Shown here: positions 19,485 through 26,695 of the stretch, piece by piece
Position numbering within the stretch: position 1 is the first letter of the stretch
How the letters are laid out: every line of letters starts with the position of its first letter
Assembly: GCA_041660565.1 (NCBI GenBank)
Contig: JBAZWC010000001.1
Location: 302,481-366,480, forward strand
Source of the DNA: Patescibacteria group bacterium
Lineage (GTDB): Bacteria > Patescibacteriota > UBA1384 > CAJBMM01
Length of the DNA stretch: 64,000 bases
Direction of reading: 5' to 3'
Made by a program: the position numbers and the translations under genes
The notes under the pieces: generated by a model
The model's input: only the letters and a program-made list of their open reading frames with translations
Told to the model about the DNA's origin: nothing
Databases searched by the model: none

Positions 19485-20111
19485 TTAATTGGAATCTTTT
19501 TTAAGATAAGTACCCAGCATTGCCAGGAAGGTGGTTAAAACCAATCCAATCACAACCGCTAAGGTAATATCTAGTGCCCAAAACGGCTGCACTTTAACAC
19601 TCACCGGGCCGGAAGCACGTAAAACATACTTTTCGTCAGTTTTGGCGGCATTAGTCTCGTCGGTTAAGCCTTGCAAAACCGTGTTGGCAGAGTTGAGCAA
19701 CTTTTCGGATTGAACCGAATCGGTTGATCGCAGGGTGATGTCCACAGTGGCTGGCTGAAACTGTTTAACCGTAAATAATTTGCCTAATTGAGTTGATGAG
19801 CGTAAATCTGGCAAATCAACATCGGCGTTGGCATAAATACTCTTAACAACGCTTGGTGAAATCATCCAGTTACCAACAGTTTGTGCAAACAAACCACCAG
19901 CTTGCTGAGCGTAATATCCATCATACAGATAGTATGGGGTGGTTTTTTGATCAATGATTGAAACACGGTCAATGGTTAGAGTTAACGAGGTGTCGTATCT
20001 GGTTTTTCCGGTAGCAATGAATAGCGCGGTTATAAGCACCACAAGCAGTGTACCAAAGATGATTAATTTCTTGGCGCGACCAAATATTTTGATGTAATCT
20101 ATTAGTTCCAT
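19485..20111 (-). CDS. Wzz/YveK-like polysaccharide chain-length determinant-type membrane protein (N- and C-terminal TM); start trimmed to MELIDYIKIF
   Basis: Wzz N-terminal pattern, 2 TM; ORF-track N-terminal extension is encoded by the terminator element; RBS AAAGGAT before chosen ATG. Confidence 0.45.
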   Translation of the reverse strand: MELIDYIKIFGRAKKLIIFGTLLVVLITALFIATGKTRYDTSLTLTIDRVSIIDQKTTPYYLYDGYYAQQAGGLFAQTVGNWMISPSVVKSIYANADVDLPDLRSSTQLGKLFTVKQFQPATVDITLRSTDSVQSEKLLNSANTVLQGLTDETNAAKTDEKYVLRASGPVSVKVQPFWALDITLAVVIGLVLTTFLAMLGTYLKKDSN

Positions 20112-20172
20112 TTTTATCCTTTCGTAAGTTAAATACTCTATTTCATTTATACCATCATCGCGCCACAATAGC

Positions 20173-20209
20173 AAAAGGAAACCGCCCGGGTGGCGAACCA
20201 CCAAGGCGG
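20173..20209 (-). terminator. conserved cassette terminator ggaaaccgcccgggtggcgaaccaccaaggcgg + T-run (copy 1)
   Basis: Imperfect hairpin followed by tttcctttt on minus strand; identical copy at 20617-20655. Confidence 0.55.
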
Positions 20210-20221
20210 ACAGGCACCGGT

Positions 20222-20536
20222 CTAGTAGACCCGGGAGAACAACGGCTCGATAACTGCGACATACTCGCCAATAGGCAAAGCTCGAGGCATTACGGATCCC
20301 TTCAGCAACTGGGCAATGTTGTACACGATGCCCTCGATTTCCTCGCGGCCAAACTCCGACGCAACGTCTGAGGGTTCGACAACCAGAGTAAGTCGCACAT
20401 CTTTTCGACCAAATACCGGTTCTACCCTCTCGACGGCAAATGTCCGACAGGAAACATCCGCAATGTACCTCAATAACTCATCCGACGGAGTCCATTGATG
20501 CTCTCCGTCATCGTACCCAGACACTAATACTCGCAT
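20222..20536 (-). CDS. hypothetical protein, GC-rich cassette gene P1 (MRVLVSGYDDGE...)
   Basis: RBS GGGAGAC-ATG; conserved promoter box upstream and conserved terminator downstream. Confidence 0.4.
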   Translation of the reverse strand: MRVLVSGYDDGEHQWTPSDELLRYIADVSCRTFAVERVEPVFGRKDVRLTLVVEPSDVASEFGREEIEGIVYNIAQLLKGSVMPRALPIGEYVAVIEPLFSRVY

Positions 20537-20553
20537 CAATGTCTCCCATGAAC

Positions 20554-20595
20554 CATGATGGCATTAAGATACTATTTTAGAACATCTTTGTCCAG
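20554..20595 (-). promoter_or_regulatory. conserved 42-bp cassette promoter/5' box (catgatggcattaagatactattttagaacatctttgtccag; TGGACA-17-TATCTT on minus strand), copy 1
   Basis: Identical sequence at 21025-21066. Confidence 0.5.
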
Positions 20596-20616
20596 ATCAA
20601 GTCAGAATAACAATTA

Positions 20617-20655
20617 ATAAAGGAAACCGCCCGGGTGGCGAACCACCAAGGCGGA
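20617..20655 (-). terminator. conserved cassette terminator, copy 2
   Basis: Same hairpin as 20173-20209 followed by tttcctttatt. Confidence 0.55.
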
Positions 20656-20683
20656 GTGAACCAGGAAGAACGTTGCCGAAGTC

Positions 20684-21007
20684 CTAGGAGAATGTCGCTG
20701 AGAACATCTTTGCGGTGGTTGCCACATCGATGGTGGTATAGGGCGAGAATTGCTTGGTGTAGTCTTGCACCAGCTCTCCAACACGCTTGATCTGCAGATC
20801 GACGTTTTGAAGACTACCCAGCTCATCCCACATGTCCGGATTAATGATCCCGAACACATTTACGCTACCACCTGCTGGTGTCTCGCCGTAGCAGATACCG
20901 CCTATCACCACTGAATCGACCAGCGAACACGTGCGCAAAATGGTCTGCACAAGATCACCGACGCCGTCTTGGCGTTCGCTGGGAATTCCATCAATGACTA
21001 CGATCAT
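20684..21007 (-). CDS. hypothetical protein, GC-rich cassette gene P2 (MIVVIDGIPSERQ...), weakly similar N-terminus to P1
   Basis: RBS GGAGGG-5nt-ATG; same flanks as P1. Confidence 0.4.
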   Translation of the reverse strand: MIVVIDGIPSERQDGVGDLVQTILRTCSLVDSVVIGGICYGETPAGGSVNVFGIINPDMWDELGSLQNVDLQIKRVGELVQDYTKQFSPYTTIDVATTAKMFSATFS

Positions 21008-21024
21008 AGTAGCCCTCCGGCACA

Positions 21025-21066
21025 GCATGATGGCATTAAGATACTATTTTAGAACATCTTTGTCCA
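21025..21066 (-). promoter_or_regulatory. conserved cassette promoter/5' box, copy 2
   Basis: Identical to 20554-20595. Confidence 0.5.
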
Positions 21067-21100
21067 GTTTTGTTTATGTGAATTTAATAATTATTATATT

Positions 21101-21231
21101 TGTCATCCCCGCCCCGCTAAGCGGGGCAAAGGAACGCTTAGCGTCCCGACGTCCGTAATCCGTTTGCAGACGATGGCCTCCGGCTCTACGAGCCGATAGG
21201 CTCGGAGAGAGGACACTATTCGGGGATCCAG
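21101..21231. repeat. double-hairpin element (GTCATCCCCGCCCCGCTAAGCGGGGC...ATTCGGGGATCCAG) with a ~55-bp internal insertion that is itself a hairpin (cctccggctctacgagccgataggctcggagagagg)
   Basis: Compare 8657-8725. Confidence 0.65.
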
Positions 21232-21251
21232 TAAAAAATCCATTGTTACCC

Positions 21252-22346
21252 TTAGTTATGCGAGACCAAAGCTAAGATCTTTTCTTTGAATTTGTCTTCC
21301 GAGAACTGCATAGCGCGAAGATGGCAATCCTCTGGCTTAAACTTAGACGAATCAAACGTTTTTAGCTGATCTGCCAGGTTTTCCGCGTCGAGTGAGTCAA
21401 TTAGAATACCGGTGTGTGGCGTGACGATTTCTGCCGCTCCACCAGCGTTTCGGGCGATTACCGGACATCCGGCCGCCAGCGCTTCTACCATAGTAATGCC
21501 AAAATCCTCGGTTTGCGGGGCTAAAAACGCCTTAGCTTGGTACAACCAGTCGTCACGAACTTGATCTGAAACCCGTCCTAAGAATTTGACCGTTGGCCCG
21601 GCTAATTCCTGAAGTCGCTCGCTGTCGTTACCATCACCGATAATCACCAATTTAGTTTGACTCAAATTGGCTGCTTTTATTGCTAAATCAACGTCTTTAT
21701 GCGGTTCGAGGCGCGAAACGATCACAAAAGCGTCTTTAGTGTCACGTTTTTTGATATCAAATCGATCAACGTCTACCGGCGGATTTATTACGGTGCTCGG
21801 TTTATGATAAAACTTGGTAATGCGATCTTGGGTGGTTTTTGAGTTTGCAATAATCACATCTGGCCGCGATGAAGCAATCACATCCCATCGACGCAGGCGA
21901 TGCAGCATAAGCGGCACCAACCCTTTTAACGCGCCGGCAAATCGCCCGCGTTCAATATGGCTTTTGATATCAAACCATAAAAATCGGGTGGGGGTGTGCA
22001 TGTAGCAAATATGTTTCGTATTGGGCTGAGTAATTACGCCTTTGATGAAGCTAGATGAATCTGAAATTACCACGTCAAATTCAGATAGATCAAAACTTTC
22101 CACCGCTCGCGGCATTTCGGCGCGATAGTAGTTAATAAGTTTCTGAATTGCGGGGCGTTTTTGCAGATATGAGGTGCGAATATCCCAATCTTTATACACG
22201 CCGTGAGTACTTTTTTCGTCGTACAGTAATGTAAACACCGGCGCACTTGGAAAAAGCTGATGCAGACTGATCAACACCTTTTCCGCCCCACCATTCTTGA
22301 TGAGGTAGTCGTGAGCTAGAGCGATTTTAGGATTATTGGTGTTCAT
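21252..22346 (-). CDS. glycosyltransferase family 4 (GT-B, GT1-type)
   Basis: C-terminal EX7E-like region ...FGITMVEALAAGCPVIA... Confidence 0.8.
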   Translation of the reverse strand: MNTNNPKIALAHDYLIKNGGAEKVLISLHQLFPSAPVFTLLYDEKSTHGVYKDWDIRTSYLQKRPAIQKLINYYRAEMPRAVESFDLSEFDVVISDSSSFIKGVITQPNTKHICYMHTPTRFLWFDIKSHIERGRFAGALKGLVPLMLHRLRRWDVIASSRPDVIIANSKTTQDRITKFYHKPSTVINPPVDVDRFDIKKRDTKDAFVIVSRLEPHKDVDLAIKAANLSQTKLVIIGDGNDSERLQELAGPTVKFLGRVSDQVRDDWLYQAKAFLAPQTEDFGITMVEALAAGCPVIARNAGGAAEIVTPHTGILIDSLDAENLADQLKTFDSSKFKPEDCHLRAMQFSEDKFKEKILALVSHN

Positions 22347-22371
22347 TTAGTTTATATCCAATTGTATTACC

Positions 22372-22497
22372 TGTCATTTCGACCCCTCGAGCGTTGTCGA
22401 GAGGTTGGAGAAATCTCGAAAAAAAACTGGGAGGGATTCTTTCTTAAGATTTCTCCACCGTGGTCGTGTTGACACACTTCCCGAGTCGAAATGACAG
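22372..22497. repeat. MITE-like element (TGTCATTTCGAC ... GTCGAAATGACAG), full copy
   Basis: Terminal inverted repeats plus internal hairpin GGAGAAATCT/AGATTTCTCC. Confidence 0.75.
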
Positions 22498-22518
22498 ATA
22501 CTGACATTTACCTAGCAA

Positions 22519-23976
22519 TCAACACCCGCTTCTATCTTTAAATATGATCATCCATGGGGTTTTGATGATGATGGCAATATCCGCCCACAAGCTCCAATGC
22601 TCGATGTAATAAGTGTCTAAACGCACTTCTTCTTCAAAAGACAAATCGGAGCTACCGGAAATTTGCGCCATACCGGTCATCCCCGGTTTTATAGCTAGCA
22701 CTTTACGGTGATGTTTCTGGTAATTGGCAATTTCTTTTGCCAAGTGCGGACGCGGCCCAACTAGGCTCATTTTGCCAAACAGCACATTCACTAGCTGAGG
22801 AATTTCATCTATTCTACTGGCCCGTAAAAATCGACCGAGTGGTGTTACTCTAGGATCATGTTTCATCTTAAACAACGGACCATCGCCACGCTCATTAGAC
22901 TGTTGGCGTAGTTTATCCTCTAGTTTCTCGGCGTTTTTCACCATCGATCTAAATTTATACATCTTAAACGGTTTACCGCGTGAAATGCGATCATGCGAGA
23001 AAAATATTGGCCCCAAATCTTGAAGCTTAACCAAAATTGCCGTAACCAAAATTACCGGCGATAAAATGATTAACAACAGCAAAGAGCCTACAATGTCCAT
23101 TGCGCGCTTGAAAATCTTGCCCCAACCATCAAGAGGTGTGCGGCGCAGCGCTAACAGTGGTACCCCACCAATGTTTTCGGCTTGAACGTTACTAGATAGC
23201 ACCTCAAATAAGTTTGGAGCAAAAATAAAATCAAGCCTAAGCTCGTTGGTTCGGTCTATTACATCAATCATTAATTCATCATCCAAATCTGGATCGGCTT
23301 GAATGATGATATCGGGCTTAAGTTTAGCTATGGCATCATCAATATCTGCCAGCGTGCCAACGCATTTCATTTCAATATGATGATCGGTGTTGCTGACGGT
23401 TTTAAGTACGCCAATCACTTTTAAACCGCGGCTTTTTTCACGCGATGTAGTGTCGATAATTGTCTTTGCCACTTTGGTATTGCCAATTAGCAAAACTCGT
23501 TTTTGCCCAATCCCTTCTTCTAAAAGCAAATTGAGTAAGAAACGATAAACCAGCCGAACGCCAAATGTAACGATGATTGAGGCGATCCAAAAATAAACAA
23601 TGGTCAAAAGAGAGATGTTATTTGACCAAGTGAACCAGTTTTCGTAGCGGTTTTCGATAAAAGGCGTACGTCCAAACAGCACCACCATCAGCATAATCAT
23701 AATGGTGGTAGAGGTAGCTGAAACTACTCGAATTAGTTGTTGGCCGCTCTTACGAGTTTCAGAAAGGATATACAAACGGTGAAAGGCGTAAAAAAAGATC
23801 AGTATCGGCAGATACCAAATTAGAAAATGATAATTATTTATTTGCACCCGAGTTTGATCAAGCGGCAAAATGTCTAAAGTAGTACGCAGATTTTTGGCTA
23901 CCAAGATGCTTAAAAAAACAGCCACAAAATCGAGCACAGGCAAGAGAGCGGTAAACCATAATTCAAGTTTTTTCAT
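22519..23976 (-). CDS. polyprenyl-phosphate sugar phosphotransferase (bacterial sugar transferase, WbaP/EpsL-like) with N-terminal TM domain
   Basis: C-terminal bacterial sugar transferase signature KMSLVGPRPH; multiple TM helices. Confidence 0.8.
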   Translation of the reverse strand: MKKLELWFTALLPVLDFVAVFLSILVAKNLRTTLDILPLDQTRVQINNYHFLIWYLPILIFFYAFHRLYILSETRKSGQQLIRVVSATSTTIMIMLMVVLFGRTPFIENRYENWFTWSNNISLLTIVYFWIASIIVTFGVRLVYRFLLNLLLEEGIGQKRVLLIGNTKVAKTIIDTTSREKSRGLKVIGVLKTVSNTDHHIEMKCVGTLADIDDAIAKLKPDIIIQADPDLDDELMIDVIDRTNELRLDFIFAPNLFEVLSSNVQAENIGGVPLLALRRTPLDGWGKIFKRAMDIVGSLLLLIILSPVILVTAILVKLQDLGPIFFSHDRISRGKPFKMYKFRSMVKNAEKLEDKLRQQSNERGDGPLFKMKHDPRVTPLGRFLRASRIDEIPQLVNVLFGKMSLVGPRPHLAKEIANYQKHHRKVLAIKPGMTGMAQISGSSDLSFEEEVRLDTYYIEHWSLWADIAIIIKTPWMIIFKDRSGC

Positions 23977-24028
23977 ATAAAGATATATTACCACTTTTAG
24001 CGCTAGAGATAAAGGATGCTCACGTTAT

Positions 24029-24150
24029 GTCATTTCGACCCTAGGAGATTGTCAAATCGACTATGTCGGAGAAATCTGAGAAAGAATCCCTTCAATTTTT
24101 TAAGGAGATTTCTCCAACCGTTCGTGGAAGCTCACGGGGTCGAAATGACA
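24029..24150. repeat. MITE-like element, full copy, in promoter region of sugar transferase gene
   Basis: Same family as 22372-22497. Confidence 0.75.
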
Positions 24151-24220
24151 AAGTAGAAGTAACACCCAGAAAATCCACGGACGAGCCGTGGATTTTCTAT
24201 TTAATAATTAGATTTAATTA

Positions 24221-24361
24221 TTATGCTTTGCCAATTTTAAACATTTTGGTGCCACATGTTCCGCAAGTTCCGGTTGAAGCTGGTTTGCCATTTTTCATGG
24301 TAATTTGAGTTGCACCTTGCATTTCTCTTTTGGCTTTGCACTTAACGCAATATCCTTCCAC
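24221..24361 (-). CDS. small zinc-ribbon protein (46 aa; VEGYCVKCKAKREMQGATQITMKNGKPASTGTCGTCGTKMFKIGKA), GTG start after RBS GGAGGTGA
   Basis: Manual translation; CxxC...CxxC; strong RBS; not in ORF track (<60 aa). Confidence 0.4.
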   Translation of the reverse strand: MEGYCVKCKAKREMQGATQITMKNGKPASTGTCGTCGTKMFKIGKA

Positions 24362-24477
24362 GTAAATCACCTCCTCTCGAAGTCATTTATGCTTACTTAA
24401 GCTCATAGTAGATTGAGCGTACCACGCTTGTCAAGAGGGAGAATGCGCTAGCCTGTGGATAAGAGAGGTTTTTAACC

Positions 24478-24590
24478 TCAAAATTCTAAATTCTAAGCAC
24501 TAGATTCTAAACAAATTCAAATGTTTTGAATTTAGTGCTTCTGATTTGTTTCGAATTTCGGATATAGTGCTTCGTGCTTACCAGTTATGG
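24478..24590. repeat. repeat cluster of GAATTTAGTGCTT / TTCTAAGCAC units
   Basis: Related copies at 34113-34155, 49410-49500 and in-frame inside glyA at 55305-55425. Confidence 0.55.
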
Positions 24591-24833
24591 CCATAACTGG
24601 TTGCCGTCTTTATCTTTAACGATAATGGCGTCGGTAGGACAACTTTGTGCCGCTTGAATGATAGTGTCTAGATCTTCGCCGTTTGCATCAATAATGATTG
24701 CTTTTTGCTCATCATCTAGTTCAAAAACCGCACCGGCGATAGTGACGCAACTGGCTGCACCAATACAAGCTTCGCGATCAATTTCGACCGTTACACCATC
24801 GGTTCTAGAAATTGGTTTGTTATTATTACTCAT
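24585..24833 (-). CDS. fdx: 4Fe-4S ferredoxin
   Basis: Cys clusters CIGAASC and CPTDA, 82 aa. Confidence 0.6.
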   Translation of the reverse strand: MSNNNKPISRTDGVTVEIDREACIGAASCVTIAGAVFELDDEQKAIIIDANGEDLDTIIQAAQSCPTDAIIVKDKDGNQLWP

Positions 24834-24866
24834 GTGGAAATTATATCATATTTTCTTAAATGCCAA

Positions 24867-26000
24867 TCAATCCAATTTGAGAATAGATTTAATTGACTCG
24901 GCAACTTTCTTGATCTCGTCTGACGTGTTAAACCGCCCCAAGCTAAACCGAATGCACGTAAAAGCATCTTGATAAGATATACCCATCGCCAGCAAAACAT
25001 GCGATGGATCGGTGGACGTGGCGCTACACGCCGAGCCGGCCGAAACGCAAATCCTACGTTGGTCTAGAGCATGAATTAGGTTTTGGGCATCGACGTCAGC
25101 AAATTTGATATTTAGAATATGAGGCACGTGGTTGCTTTCTGAGCCCACAACTAAAGTATTCGGCATTTTTAGCAGCTGGTCTTTTAATTGGTCATGTAAA
25201 CCGGAAATGCACTTAGACTCAGTTTGACAGTTTGCCTGGGCAATTTCGAGCGCCTTGGCCAATCCCACAATGCCGGCGACGTTTTCGGTGCCACCTCTGC
25301 GATGGTTTTCTTGCCCGCCACCGGTCATTACCGGACTAAAATCAACCTCATTCTTTACATAAAGCAATCCAACCCCTTTGGGACCGTAAATTTTTGATCC
25401 GTTTAGCGTAAGCAAGTCCACGCCTAGTTTCTTGACATCAAGATTTAGATAACCAGCCGCTTGACAAGCATCGGTATGAAAAATAGCGCCGGATTGATGC
25501 GATATCGTAGCGAGATCAGTAATCGGCTGCACCGACCCAACTTCGTTATTGGCATACATTACCGAGACAAATTTAGTCTTATCGCTTATCGTGTTCACTA
25601 ACGTAGACACTTCCACTATTCCCTCGGCTGTTGCCGGCAAGTATTTGACCGTAAATCCGCGTTTAAGTAAATTTTCGGCAGTCGACAGAACAGCCGGATG
25701 TTCAATTTGTGACACGATCAGCTCGCTACGTTTCGATTCGTCCGACATTACTCCTACCAGCGCTAAATAATCGCTTTCGGTACCTCCGGAGGTAAAAATG
25801 ATCTCATCTGGCGAGCAATTAAGTATTTTGGCGCATTTATCGCGTGCTGATTCCACCGCCTCGCGAGCTTCGGATCCAAGTTGGTGCATACTCGAAGCGT
25901 TGCCATACTGATTTGTCAGATACGGCATCATTTCGGCTAAAACACGGTCGTCGATCTTAGTTGTCGCCGCGTTATCTAAATAAATTATTGGATTTTTCAT
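24867..26000 (-). CDS. cysteine desulfurase (NifS/IscS-like, class V aminotransferase); C-terminus ...KLD* encoded by ATTGGA repeat
   Basis: PLP-dependent fold, SSMHQLG..., active-site Cys region SAGSACS; start set at MKNPIIYLD. Confidence 0.85.
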   Translation of the reverse strand: MKNPIIYLDNAATTKIDDRVLAEMMPYLTNQYGNASSMHQLGSEAREAVESARDKCAKILNCSPDEIIFTSGGTESDYLALVGVMSDESKRSELIVSQIEHPAVLSTAENLLKRGFTVKYLPATAEGIVEVSTLVNTISDKTKFVSVMYANNEVGSVQPITDLATISHQSGAIFHTDACQAAGYLNLDVKKLGVDLLTLNGSKIYGPKGVGLLYVKNEVDFSPVMTGGGQENHRRGGTENVAGIVGLAKALEIAQANCQTESKCISGLHDQLKDQLLKMPNTLVVGSESNHVPHILNIKFADVDAQNLIHALDQRRICVSAGSACSATSTDPSHVLLAMGISYQDAFTCIRFSLGRFNTSDEIKKVAESIKSILKLD

Positions 26001-26045
26001 ATTTAAATTAAAACACAAATAACCACAATTTGCAATCAAAGCTAC

Positions 26046-26081
26046 AAAAAAGAACTAGGGCGTTTCTTGCAAGAAACGCCC
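26046..26081 (-). terminator. terminator hairpin gggcgtttcttgcaagaaacgccc + T-run
   Basis: Perfect 11-bp stem; tagttctttttt on minus strand. Confidence 0.6.
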
Positions 26082-26126
26082 TACGTTGGCACAGAGCCAT
26101 CAGTCACAACCACTACGCGATCATCC

Positions 26127-26576
26127 CTAGGCGCAGTTTGTCGAAACAGACAACCAGCCGTGCATCTGGCCGGCTAGTTGACGGAAGAACTTCCGACATC
26201 TTTCGACGTCTACCCGCTGCGCTGTCCCGTTGGCGAGAGTATTCAGAGTCTCCTGAAACTGGATGAACAGGCGCGCGAAATCGTCGGGGGTATTCACCCC
26301 AAAGTCGTCCGGATGGGCGTTAACTACTCCCAGCGCACACCCACAGGCATCAAGCATCTCCACGGTTGGCGCGAACTTGGCGCCGGGATCAACGAACATC
26401 GAGTGCGCTTGCACGACATTCACAATCATCGCTCGCGCTTGGTTTACCGCCCCCTGCTGATCGGGAGATACTTGGCCGCTATTGAGGTATTGACCCAATG
26501 CACCAGAGGCCTTTGACGACATGAAGCCGTAGCGAAACGCTGTCGAACGGTCAAGGCTCATCATTGCGCTAGCCAT
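26127..26576 (-). CDS. hypothetical protein (MASAMMSLDRST...), mid/high-GC single-gene insert
   Basis: RBS GGGGGT-5nt-ATG; own promoter and terminator. Confidence 0.4.
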   Translation of the reverse strand: MASAMMSLDRSTAFRYGFMSSKASGALGQYLNSGQVSPDQQGAVNQARAMIVNVVQAHSMFVDPGAKFAPTVEMLDACGCALGVVNAHPDDFGVNTPDDFARLFIQFQETLNTLANGTAQRVDVERCRKFFRQLAGQMHGWLSVSTNCA

Positions 26577-26660
26577 CTTGGACCCCCAGTCGTAGCAACG
26601 TCGTCCCACACGCCCAGTGCGGCACGACTCTACCTTTGTAATGGTACTCCCCTTGACATC

Positions 26661-26688
26661 ATATTAGTTCATAGACAATCATTGTCAA
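26661..26688 (-). promoter_or_regulatory. promoter TTGACA-16-TAATAT, flanked by inverted repeat CTTGACA..23 bp..TGTCAAG (possible operator)
   Basis: Read on minus strand upstream of 26127..26576. Confidence 0.5.
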
Positions 26689-26695
26689 GCATTTA

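Noticed and set aside
20614-20859. 81-aa ORF ending …ALVVRHPGGFLY, and the N-terminal MVVRHPGGFL extension of the Wzz-like ORF
   Set aside because: Both translate the conserved cassette terminator hairpin, so they are artefacts of reading through a repeat.
24063-24308. 81-aa plus-strand ORF
   Set aside because: Its 5' half is the translation of a MITE copy. The minus-strand 46-aa zinc-ribbon ORF with a strong RBS (24221-24361) explains the region better.
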